From Pelomyxa schiedti (Eukaryota; Protista; Evosea), in NCBI GenBank assembly GCA_020536535.1, contig JAHLWZ010000881.1:1-61795 (forward strand): a stretch of 61,795 nt of DNA. The letters are read 5' to 3'. Position 1 is the stretch's first letter, and every line of letters starts with the position of its first letter. The notes under the pieces were generated by a model. The model was not told the origin of the DNA and did no database searches. It was given only the letters and a program-made list of their open reading frames with translations. Both the position numbers and the translations under genes were made by a program. Below, one piece after another: positions 1 to 11,148 of this stretch.

Positions 1-167
1 TACACCACAAAGTAAGTCCCACTCCATGCAAAGAACGGTGGGAAAGCCTGGCATTTTGTAAGCATTCAATAAGATCAGGAAGCCCCAGACAACGAAAGGC
101 ACCATGTTTCCCTGATAAATAGATACCAAAAAATGAAAGAAAGTGGCAAACCTGGTAAGAGCTCCCA

Positions 168-255
168 ATGTTGACCACGATTGCCGCGGACCTCACATTG
201 TTGACTGCCGTCATCGTTGGACCTCCACTGTTGACCACTGCAGAAGGGCCTGGTC
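168..255. repeat. Degenerate ~30-bp tandem repeat (about 3 units, core TGTTGACyrC...GGACCTC)
   Basis: GTTGACCAC (~170), GTTGACTGC (~200) and GTTGACCAC (~230) recur at 30-nt spacing; GGACCTC follows the first two. Confidence 0.5.
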
Positions 256-418
256 ATTTATCGTTGCGTTACCACTGCCCGTGGAGTTTGCCCCCACTGG
301 TCACCGTCACAGCACCATCTGTCGACATTGCCTGCAAGTTTTTTTGTTTTTAATGCAAAACTTCGGCTGCACAGAAGCAAGTTCTGCCCCAAACGAAAGG
401 AAACAAAGTGGGTAAAGC

Positions 419-498
419 AAAGCGTTTAGAAGGGATTCAAAACGGATTCAAAACGGATTCTAAAGCGTTTAAAAGCCTTTAAAAGCCTTTAAAAGCTT
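419..498. repeat. Compound short tandem repeats: (GGATTCAAAAC)x~2.5 then (AAAAGCCTTT)x~3.5
   Basis: Read directly: ggattcaaaac ggattcaaaac ggattc t aaagcgttt aaaagccttt aaaagccttt aaaagctt. Confidence 0.8.
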
Positions 499-2612
499 AT
501 CACGGGTGCGTGGGTCCGTTGCTGGGCTCAAGGTCTCAGTTGAAAAGAAAAAACAAACAAACCCAAAGAGCCACGAGAGTGACATAGCACCAGCCTGTTG
601 TTATTATTCTGCCATTTCATCGCAGGTTACGATGGCGCTGTGGTCGGCGCTGTTGATGTGACACCGAACGGGGCCGTCTCGGCGTCGGCAGTGGGAGCGT
701 GGTGGAGAATAACACTTTGTTGTGGCGATTTAAGGAGGCGAATGGCGTGACAGCGACAGCACAGATGGACATGGGGGTGGGGATCCGAGCTTCGGAACAC
801 AACTGCAGTCGATAGCGTTTCAGTAGCACATACTCACCTCCCTCTAGCAACACAGCGACCTGGAATTGGGAAAGTACCCCGGAGGGCTTTTTTTTTTGGT
901 ACCCCTTCCTCTCATTTCTCCTCTTTTTGCAGTCTAACTTTAACACAGGTGGGTGTCTTCCTCACCCCTGATTATTTAGGTAGGGCCCAATGGGGGGGAA
1001 GGTGCCGGTATGCTCACCCACTTCCTTTTTTCATTTTTGACTTGGAAATAGGGCTCTCCAGCACGAACTCAAGCATACATTTGCAGGACAACACAGGCCA
1101 TTGGTGCCTTTCCCTCTCCCTCCTTTTTGTAACCCCCACCTTAATGCGCACCACAGAAACCAACACCAGTTCACTGACTGTGTGGTATATCCAGTGCGAA
1201 CCACAGCAATCTCTCACCATCTGGCAACTCAGCCCATGGCACTGGAATACCACCGAATTGGGGGAAAGTATGTTCTCAACCACTACCTTATCAGCTGTAA
1301 TTAACCTTAGATCTGCCAGGGAACTTGCCAGCCTGTTAAGTAAGTGCATACTGTGGATTGCTCTGCATTTTTTTTTTCCCCACACAAGGTACAGTTATTT
1401 TTCCCTCCTTTCCCCTTCTAATGAATGACGCAGGTATGTGGATCGCAAGGTGAGCTGTGGGGTTGTCCCACAGTCCTTGGTGAGGTGTGTTCTCGTTTTC
1501 ATTCCACTCTACTAATTATTTCACAGTAGGTTGTACAACAACAACAACGCTGTTGGGATGTTTTGTTCTCTGCACTTTGCCCCATAGAGAGGTTCGACTG
1601 CTTCAAACCTGCGGTATCCTCTTCACTGACTTACACTCTCACCTAACTGCAACCGTTTTAGGGAAGATTTCAGCTGGGAATACCATTTTCTCTTTCTCTT
1701 CATGTGGAGGCTGCCGCCTTCAGTTCAGGGTATCAGCACCACTACTTCTTCAATTGCCTGCTGCAGTCTGTGCAGTACCTCCCCACAGGTACTTTCAGCT
1801 CTTCTGTTTATATCTTGTTCTAATATCTCTACAGGTGTCCCTTGGTTGTTGTTATTTCCGCTGACCTTGAAGTACCAAGCTGATAGGCACAAAACTAGAT
1901 CTACTGGTATGCTCACCTAGCTTACTTCATTCTCACTAGCACTTAGTAACAACCACTTACAGCCGAAGGATTGATTGTGAAGAGGCACGCCAGCACACAT
2001 CCACAACAACCCCAAGCAGTCCCTGGAAGTGATGCCTATAAGCACAGACCTGATCCACAGTACCACTGCTTGCCGGCCACACTCAGCATTCACCAGCACC
2101 CACCAGTATCACAACAGCACACATGCCGCAACCAAACAAAACTCATGCCGGTGTGCCAAAATGCCCGCTGGCATCCGCCAGAATCACAGTAGCGCTCGCC
2201 GACAGCACTGCCACAGCACCACAATAAATAGAACTGATCTGTCAGCCAATCTTTCTCCTTTTCTTCTTTTCTTTTTCTAAACACAACTTGCCCGGCCAGA
2301 TGCCCACCCTCCCAAAAAGGGTTCCCTTCGGTGAAACAAAAGTTTTCCTTTAACTTGGAAAGAAAATCGACTCTCTGCTGCTTAACTTGACCCGTCAGGC
2401 CAATAAGACTCAGGCCCCGTGTGTCCACAGTAAACAAAAAAATAATTCCCCATGGTGACCCAATCACACAGCTTTTCTTTTTCTGGTACCACGCGGATTG
2501 CCTCCAGCACCGTAATTATGGGAAGACTGCAATCCAATCTGGATTTGATGTTTTCCTAAGTTTGCTCTTCTGCGAAGTTCAATTCAAGCAAACCGGCGTA
2601 TCCCAAAGTGCC

Positions 2613-5376
2613 ATGACAAGCAACGGGGCGGCGACGCTCGCCCAGCCTCGTCACGACTTCGACACGCATACACCATCCATCGACCACACCTCCGTCTCGG
2701 AACACCAACACACAGCCACCACAACAACAACCACCACCACGACATCCTCATCCGTCGATGACACGCAAGTCGACATGAAGCAATTAGAACTGGAGCACGC
2801 GGTGGTTGTCATCCAATCCGCGATGCGCGGCCACATGGAACGAGGAAAAGTCCAATCCGAAAAACCCACAAACAACGACAACAACAGCAGCAACAAAAAA
2901 CCAAGCAACACCGCCGCCGCCGCCAGCAGCGACTCCCATAAGTGTACAAATGGCAGGACGGACGCCCAGGTGGAGGGCGGAGACGGCGATGGGGACGGAG
3001 ATGCGCCTGGCGTGCTGGTAATTCAGAGCGCATACAGAGGGTGGAAAACGAGGCGCCAGTTCGCGGAATCCAAAAACCAGCGAGCATCGCCACGGGCGGT
3101 TTCTGCAAGTTCAACTGCAACTTCTGCTGTTTCCAGTACTACAGTTAGTACTACTGCAACAACAACAACAACCACTTCTTCCTCTACAACAAAGAGTAGC
3201 AGCGCAGCGGCGCAACAGCAGGGAGGGGGCAAAGTGAAGGCGAATATGAACGAGGGAGAAGCAAGTCTGGTGATACAAAGCGCGTATCGCGGGCACGTTG
3301 ACAGGGAGCAAATGAGAAACGAGCATGCCGGCAAAGACGGGGATGCAGCTGGTGATGCCGAGGCAGAGGTGGACTACGCTACTCTGAAAATACAGAGCGC
3401 TTGGCGGGGATATTCTACGAGGAAAGGGAACAGTCCAGAGAGACGTGGGGATGGCAAAGGTACCCAGGAAGAAAGGGAACTGGAGCTGAGCCATGCTATT
3501 CTCAAGATACAAAGTGCTTTTAGGGGACACCAAGAAAGAGTTAGGTTCAATAACCCTTCTTCCTCACCTTCAAAACCGCTACTGTCTACTCCCCGTACCG
3601 CGTCTGCAGCACGGCCACCTACACGCACGAATCCAAGTAATTCTCGTAGTGTTACTCCCATTTCTGCAAGCAGTCGGCCATCAGGAAGTGGAAGAACTTC
3701 CAGTGCTGGACTAGGTCTCATGGATGAAGCAACAGCGATAATACAAAGTGCCTTCCGAGGAAAAAAGGAAAGACAAAAAAGTGCTGACGAGGAAGATGCA
3801 CTTATTAGGATTCAAAGTGCTTTTAGGGGTTTCTCTACTCGCAAAACATGGTCAGAAAAAGGTATGAATAACTCTGAAAACGTATCGGTCGGCTATTAAT
3901 ATTGTCCAAAAAGACTCTGTAACTATCAATGGTCCCTCCGCAGTGAAGACCACTACTTCGCCGTCACCAAAGCCACCGGCGCCTGCTAGCAAGCCAACTA
4001 CACTACAGACATCCCCTCGGTTCCCTCCAAAACAGCTTACACAACGGGAATCTGTTTCCTCCTCTCTAAGAAGATCCAGTTTGGCACATGAGGATTCTCT
4101 TCCTGATGAGGCCGCTGTAATCGATATTCAGAGTGCCGTCCGTGGATACTTAGTGCGAAATAATATCCAAGTCGACAATGTTAATGTGCAGTCTAAATCC
4201 TTGGCCTTTGCACAAGATAAGCAACAAGAGGAAGCCATCATCCTCATACAAAGCGTTTTCCGTGGTCATCAAGAGAGAGTCAAATACCAACACACAGCAG
4301 ATCCAGAAAAATCTCTTATTTTAATCCAAAGCACTTTCAGAGGACATGTGGAACGTGAACAGCACAAAGAAGAAAGGCATAGCTTCTACCAAAACAGGGG
4401 TACACCTAGCCCTGTTTCTATGGAAAAAGGAACTGTTTCAATACAAAGTGCTTTCAGGGCACACAATGACCGAAGCGCACAGCAAGAGAAAACGGACAGT
4501 GCTGCCGAGGTAATTCAAGCAGCAGCTCGATCCTTTATGTGCAGAAAGGAAGAGGAAGAACAAGACCTCAGAGAGGACTGTGCTGCACATATCCAGGGTG
4601 TAGTAAGAGGGTGGCAGGAAAGAAGTGATGTAGAAAGAGAGAAGGAGGCCATGGCAACACAGAAGAAGTATGAAGAAATGCGAAATAAACAGAAAGTGTG
4701 CCAACCATTTACCCTATTTTTTCTGTAATCTCATTTACTTCAGCAAGAAATGGTCAGCAGACAAACAGGGAATCAAAAAGTCAAATCGAATGGACAGAAA
4801 CAAGAGATTGCCGGAAGAAAGAGAGGTAACCAAGCACCCCGCCAGCGTCAGGGGCAGCCAGAAAAGGAACCTATTAAGTCTTCAAAGGCGATACATGCAC
4901 ATCAGCAAACACAGAAAATTTCCTTGCCAAGAATGGTACCAACATCCAGTACTTTACACCAAAACAGAACAACGGTAATCAACAAACCGCTGTATCATCC
5001 TCACTAATTACACTGCACTACTTACTAAAAAGGAACCGTATCATTTTACTACTACTGTACCTCGCCTTGCAAGAACTCGACTCATGCTTACCGGCAAATC
5101 AGAATGGTTAATGACACACACCAAGCACCTCGCACCTCTTCCCGGAATAGACTCTCCATTCAGTATGCCATGTTCCCAATTCCTGCAGTATTCATTCACA
5201 ACCATTCCCATTCCTTCAATACAGATGTAATTCAAGAGCTACCACCTGACCCCCGTTCCCCACGGTACCGTACTGACCCTGAGTATAGAGCCAAGTGTGA
5301 CACCATGATGAGAAGGAGGGCAGAAAAGCTCAAGCAGTTCCCTAACTCTGACTTCAAATTCTCTGCTGGATTCTAA
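2613..5376 (+). CDS. Multi-IQ-motif (calmodulin/light-chain-binding) low-complexity protein, spliced
   Basis: 13 IQ-like motifs (e.g. VIQSAMRGH, KIQSAFRGH, DIQSAVRGY, HIQGVVRGW) across ORFs 2421-3899 and 3943-4728, separated by Ser/Thr/Pro-rich linkers. First ATG at 2613; the 3' exon structure is approximate. Confidence 0.75.
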
Positions 5377-5695
5377 TACAAGTGTAAATAAAACTCTGCT
5401 GTAACAAAGCCGGGGTCTAGTTTCTTCTAGCTCCCACCAGCTCAGAATAGCAAAAACCTTTGAATACTATGGCTTCTCCTAAAGTACGAATCAATTTCAA
5501 ATCAAATGAACGGGGACGATACACCGAAACAGTACTGCCGGCAATGGAATTGGCGGCCAGGGGGTTGCAAGTAATGATTGGCATTAATTCCCTGACTCGT
5601 GGACCGCACCGAAAAACGCACCGACACACCCGCAAAATCCCAAATAAACACAACAAATCCAACGACGCAATCGCAAAAGATTTGGTGACGGGTGC

Positions 5696-6676
5696 ATGTA
5701 TATACACGGGTGCATTATATGCGGATCTAGAGATCACGCTGCCAGAGAAAAGCACGACCAACTGATGGGCAGGACAAAACGAGCGTTGGTGTCGCCGTAC
5801 GACACGCATACTACGATGCCGAGCGCGGTTGGCGCCGAGATCTCGCCTGTGGGCATTGACTTTCATGCTTTCGCAAATTCAGTGGTACACCTGCGCAGTG
5901 TTGGAAACGATCATTTCAGAGCGGGGCGGTACGATGACGCATTGAGGTGCTATCTGTTCGCTGTGTCAAGAATGAAGGCACTAGTTTCACATCCATCTAC
6001 TCCCGTGTCATCCCGTTGTTCTTCTCCGGTGATATCTCTTTCGCCTTCAGTATCGCTCTCTCTGCAGTGTCCAAATTCAGAGCCCCAATCAACTGAGCCA
6101 AGTTGCAGCACTACCACCACCATGAACGTCAGTGTCAGTGATGAAGCAAAGGTACCACATGACACTGGTGATATACGTGTTCACCCAATCCCAAAAACTT
6201 CATCCAGTGTCACTCTAACCAGCAATGCCAATGCAACAACTCCCCCGGATATATCCAGGGCTTCTCTATCAATTCTACTGTGCAACGTTGCTGCCACCTA
6301 TATAAAACTTGGTGATGAAGCTCATGCGTTGCTGTTCGCTTCAAGGTCGATCATTTACGATCAAACGAATATTAAAGCTTGGTATAGAAGAGCTTGCGCA
6401 AGTAAGTCCATGGGCTTTGAATTACCAGCGTGACATAGATGATTAGATGAATCACTTGGGAAATTGGCCGCCGCATCCAGCGATTTGGAACATATACTGG
6501 AAGTAGAACCAAACAACAAAACAGCACGCGCAAAGCTTACTCAAGTCAGAGCCCTTGTCAACAGGCGTGAAATAACAGTCTGCCGGAATATGTTGTCTAT
6601 TGCCACACCAACGTCGGAAACCACAACAGCAACACCAACTGGAAGCAGCATATTTGAGGGTCACGAAGGGGAATGA
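5696..6676 (+). CDS. TPR-repeat protein (co-chaperone-like), one intron
   Basis: TPR helices LRSVGNDHFRAGRYDDALRCY, ILLCNVAATYIKLG and IKAWYRRACA; the intron (gtaagt...gattag) restores RRACANESLGKLAAASSDLEHILEVEPNN. Confidence 0.8.
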
Positions 6677-6789
6677 ACCGATAAAGTACCCTTTGTCTGT
6701 AAGGAATATGCTGTTTTGGAACAATAAAAAGAAAGGAGGGTTTTCCCTTTTGTTTATTACGTCTTAGCATTGAATGGAAGGTTTGTGCT

Positions 6790-9417
6790 TTAGTCAACAG
6801 AGCTACCTCCCCCTGATGGGGCAGGGTTGGTTGTATTAATATTTGTGTTTGTTTGGCCGTAGTGCAGAAGCTCCCCTAACGACACAGTTCGCCACGACTT
6901 TGTGCCGGTGCCTTTCTCTTCAGCATACAGTAGATGCTTGTCAATAACTATGTTGAGAGGCCCAAACTTGAAGACAGGTTTGCCGTCGTGCATGCGTTTG
7001 GTGGGTACGAGAAGGATGTCATTCTCAGCGGCGATTTTTTCCACTACATCCCGCAGTGATATTTCGTCATCTCCTTCTTCAATATCCCCATTCCTATGTT
7101 TCTCTTCCTTCTTCTTCTTTTCATCGGCCACTGCTGCCTGCATGCTTGCAGCGGGCTGCGGCGGGAGTGGGGTGTTCAACAGAGTGCTGGTATCCGCACC
7201 AGAGAGGGCATGATTAATAGCATCCAGGGCACGAGCAAAATGGGCCATGACCCTTGGGTGATGAAGTACATTTTGTGGAAATTGAGCGCTCCATCCGCGG
7301 TACCATCTGTCAATTTCTTCGTAGTCGGGGCGGGGTGATGATGCCGAGAGCCATGTTGCTAGAGCGGTATACCACCGAGGGAAGAACTCGGTGTCTAGAA
7401 GTGCGACAATTTGCTTGGTGTCAACCAAGTCACACCATTGCATAACCCAGGTAAAGGGATCCAGCACTTGGGCATGAGGAGTGACTGACAACATTGTATG
7501 CAACGCAACAGTAAGCTTTGGTACAATGCACCGAGATAGAAGTGATTCCATAGAAGATGTATCAAATACATTTTTCCAAGGAAGCAAGACTGCATGAGCA
7601 GACGGATCGGCAGGGTGCCAATCTGTTAGTACCACGCTCAATTTGTGCCGGCATATTTGCCAAAGAGGTTCTAGCACCTTAGAGTCAATAACAGGCAGCC
7701 AAGGATGTAACCAGGAGTGCACGGGGATAATGTCTACGCGCGGGTTCCATACGAGAACTTCAGATTGCAGCTGAGGCATAATCAGTTGAGATATTATGTT
7801 GTCATAAACCATGGTTGGGAGTAGTGGCTTCCAGAGGGTGAGGAAGTTTATAAAAGGATCGTAATTACGTGCACTCCAGGTACCTACGGCGGCTCTGAGC
7901 CGAGGAAGTAGAACTTCGGCGAGAAGTTGAATGTAGACATCCTCATCATTATAGTCAAAATCGGGTGACTTGTGCCAAGCTTCTTCTTCACAACATAAGA
8001 TACTGTGCCAGATCTTAAAAATCTCCAAGGCATATGCTGGATTTGACAGTGGAGACCACTCCTTGAAGAATTCACGTAGAAGAGGTGTCATCACACTAAG
8101 CGCAAGCGCAGAAACATGGTACTTGACCCAATGCTCGGGGAAGTCTTTTCGCATCTTTGCGAACTCCGTTGACATTTGTATAACAGAACCCGTGCCCCCA
8201 GTAGCAGGATGACTAGGGTGATTTTTTGATATGGCTGAGAGATTGGCAACAGCACGAGATAAAGCTTCACCTTGAGAAATCTTCGCTGCAAGAGTAGAAG
8301 CCGCTGCCTCCACACGCTCTCTTTCACGCTTAAGAACCTCAACTCTATCACGCTCTGAAGCTGCACGCCTTTCACATGAAGACACATTTGCCTGAGAAAT
8401 TTCAACAAGCAGTCTTATGTTGTGCTGTAGTTCAGGAAGAGGCCCAGCAATTACATCACGGATGGAAGCACCAGCATCAATTCCAGACGTTGGAGTTGCT
8501 GCAATCACACGAGACACTGGACCTCGCATGTCTACAATAACCTGAGGTGCTGCTATATCACGATTTTCTCCAAAATCCAACTTGTATTTCGTGGTTTGTT
8601 TCTTGACACTGCCCTTCTTCCACAACTTATTCTCTTCAGGTAAAGAGGTCAGTAATTCAATGGGAACATTCAGGCCCGTAACAAGAGTAGGTTCCTCTTT
8701 GTTCTTGAGCACTGGATTTGAGTCTTGCTTTGCGTCGTTAAAGTTGCAAGACAACCCACGGTTCTTTGGCCTCACTTTGACTTGTATAGGTTCCACAATA
8801 CCCTGATTCCCCTCACGACCTACACCTTCACCAGGTTTCCAGCCCATCTTGTGGAGCAACTTGCTGCCTATGCCGTATTGCCTATCAAAAGTGACGGATT
8901 CAGCAGAGGTGTCGGCGCCTCCAGAGGATTTTGCAGACCCAATACCCGCCCTGCCGCCGCGCTGTTTCCCAAAAGACTGCATAGAACTAGCACGTGGTCG
9001 CGGCGGAGGGGCGTCAAATCCATCAGGCACATACTCATCCTCGTACTGGTTGGTGTCCCCCTCCCCGCCCTCGCTGTCGCCTTCGTCTCCCTCGCCGTTC
9101 TTCCCGTCTTTCTCGTTGTCGGCAGTATACACCCCTCTCATCACAAACGACATCGGCTTGCTGTAGTCGTGACCGGCGTCGTCGTTTCTGCGGCCGCCGC
9201 CACCTCCTCCCAGCCCTCGTTTCCTGCCCCAACCGCCATAGTCATTGTCCAGATCGTCGTCGCTGTCTTCGCCAAACACGCCCAGCATCTGGCTTTCCTT
9301 ACGACGTCTTTTACTCGCACCACCGCTACCGCCACCAAAGGCACCTGTTCTCTTCAGCGCCCTTGCATCTCCCTCTGTGATCTCGAATGGATCTGCGATA
9401 TAGTCGTCACCGTCCAT
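6790..9417 (-). CDS. TFIP11: Tuftelin-interacting protein 11 / Ntr1-Spp382 spliceosome disassembly factor (G-patch + GCFC), intronless
   Basis: N-terminal MLGVF motif and DYSKPMSFV; G-patch GIGSKLLHKMGWKPGEGVGREGNQGIVEPI; PELQHNIRLLV; GCFC-type IHxWLHPW-like motif (VHSWLHPWLP) and WYRGW. Likely ATG is 9417 (MDGDDY). Confidence 0.92.
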   Translation of the reverse strand: MDGDDYIADPFEITEGDARALKRTGAFGGGSGGASKRRRKESQMLGVFGEDSDDDLDNDYGGWGRKRGLGGGGGGRRNDDAGHDYSKPMSFVMRGVYTADNEKDGKNGEGDEGDSEGGEGDTNQYEDEYVPDGFDAPPPRPRASSMQSFGKQRGGRAGIGSAKSSGGADTSAESVTFDRQYGIGSKLLHKMGWKPGEGVGREGNQGIVEPIQVKVRPKNRGLSCNFNDAKQDSNPVLKNKEEPTLVTGLNVPIELLTSLPEENKLWKKGSVKKQTTKYKLDFGENRDIAAPQVIVDMRGPVSRVIAATPTSGIDAGASIRDVIAGPLPELQHNIRLLVEISQANVSSCERRAASERDRVEVLKRERERVEAAASTLAAKISQGEALSRAVANLSAISKNHPSHPATGGTGSVIQMSTEFAKMRKDFPEHWVKYHVSALALSVMTPLLREFFKEWSPLSNPAYALEIFKIWHSILCCEEEAWHKSPDFDYNDEDVYIQLLAEVLLPRLRAAVGTWSARNYDPFINFLTLWKPLLPTMVYDNIISQLIMPQLQSEVLVWNPRVDIIPVHSWLHPWLPVIDSKVLEPLWQICRHKLSVVLTDWHPADPSAHAVLLPWKNVFDTSSMESLLSRCIVPKLTVALHTMLSVTPHAQVLDPFTWVMQWCDLVDTKQIVALLDTEFFPRWYTALATWLSASSPRPDYEEIDRWYRGWSAQFPQNVLHHPRVMAHFARALDAINHALSGADTSTLLNTPLPPQPAASMQAAVADEKKKKEEKHRNGDIEEGDDEISLRDVVEKIAAENDILLVPTKRMHDGKPVFKFGPLNIVIDKHLLYAEEKGTGTKSWRTVSLGELLHYGQTNTNINTTNPAPSGGGSSVD

Positions 9418-9603
9418 GTGAGTGCAGTTCCTTCGCTTGACTAAATTGTTTGAGAGAACTGAATTTTCCGAGATCGCTTCCAATTGCTCGGAATGGCGTG
9501 GAATTTTCTGTTGGCATTTCGATTTGCCGGTTGAGAACCGAATGCGATCAGCAACATCAAAAATCAAAACTTGCTTTTTTTTTTCTTCTAGGTGTAACAG
9601 AAG

Positions 9604-11055
9604 ATGTACCGTGCGGTGTTGTCGCTTCTTGTCGTAGTTGGCCTCGTATCATGCGAGGACTGGACTATCGTCGCATCTGGGATGGGGGCTATTACTGGCA
9701 CTAGTTTCAGCAACGGCACCCACGGTGTCTCCACCGGACTCGTTTTGATCTACCACAGCACTGATGGTGGTTACACCTGGGCCGATAGCGACCAAGAAAC
9801 TACAGGCAGCGTTAGGTTCCAAGTATGTTTCTGGGGTTTTTTTTGGTTTTTTTTTTTTTTTTCTTTTCCCCCCCCACTTTGCATCTTACACTCACCGGGA
9901 AATTAGGACACTGCCATGAGTGGCCAGTACGCTGTGATCTGCGGTGCCGGTGACACACAGTGGGTATGGGCAAATACATTATTGCTTTCCTTCTAATTGT
10001 ATTAGATGCCCGGCTGTGCTTACAGTTCGGATTACGGAAAGACGTTCAGCAAAACTGATGACACGTATGTTTCCGTCTTTGACGGTAAATCAAATTAATT
10101 CTACCTAGACACCTTCACGATATGTGGTACTCTGTTGATTCCATCTCTTCCGTTTCTGCAGCTTTTATCAAAGCCGGCTATTGGAGTGATGCCCTGCGCA
10201 CTAACTATGGTGTCTCTGTTTCTGCGTAAGACCATATACTGCTCCTTTATTATGCCAACGCAATTTACAGTAACGGTGGGAAGTCTTGGACTGACCACAG
10301 CTGGGGGTTGACTGAACCTGCGTGGTATGCCTCCTTCTACGCAGTCAATGCTGGTTGGGCTTGCGGTGGTGTAGCACCCATCAACGATACCAATACTCGC
10401 GCTCTTGTCGCCAAGTCAGTTGACGGTATTCCACCCTTCCTTTTTTTCTTGTCTAACTCTTCCAAAGGCAGCTGGTCATGGAAGACCTTAATCGATCTTT
10501 CTGGAGAGTAAGAGTTCCTTTGGTTTGATTTTGAATTAACCTCTCTATTAGCTGGTACCCTGGAGGTCTTTCTTTCATCTCAGCAACTACTGGCTGGGTT
10601 ATTGGAGTGAGAGATGCGGGCTCCTTCATTATGAAGACCAGCGATGGTATTAGCAATGTACTTTCCTTCTAAACTAATTCTCTTCAGGTGGTAACACGTG
10701 GACAACTCAAGTCCAATTTGACGATGTTGTTCTCAAGGGAATTAAAATGTTTTCCGCAACAGAGGGCTTTGCAGTTGGTAAACTCACCTTTCAAACATCC
10801 CTTTGTAATAACATTCAAAGGTGGCTATGAGGACGGAATAATGTACCACGGACAGCTCCTCCACACCACTGACGGTGGTTCCAGCTGGATTTCTGTCGGC
10901 ATGCGTGGAGTATGCTGAACCGTTCATCACTACACCAATTTACCTTCCTCTTACAGGTTATTCCAAACAATGTTGACGGAGTCAGCAACAAGTTAGTTTG
11001 GGCCAGCGCCATCGACGAAACTGGCGGCGGTTCTGTTCTGAAATTCGTCCCTTAA
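9604..11055 (+). CDS. Secreted BNR/Asp-box (Ycf48/sortilin-like) beta-propeller protein, multi-exon
   Basis: Signal peptide MYRAVLSLLVVVGLVSC; Asp-boxes HSTDGGYTW, YSSDYGKTF, NGGKSW, KTSDGGNTW and HTTDGGSSW; ends SVLKFVP* at 11055. Confidence 0.75.
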
Positions 11056-11148
11056 GAAGCAATATTTTCTAAAATTCATTTAAAGCTAAAACAATATTCT
11101 TTTTTTCCCGTCTACTCTATTTATTAGGTAAAAAAAGGTCTTGGCTTG

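Noticed and set aside
419-498. Short repeats as a CRISPR array or telomere seed
   Set aside because: The units are 10-11 bp with no unique spacers, there are no cas genes, and the context is eukaryotic; these are simple tandem repeats.
6431-6447. Stop-codon reassignment or frameshifting to explain fragmented ORFs
   Set aside because: Short canonical introns restore conserved motifs here and in every gene I tested, so the standard code suffices.
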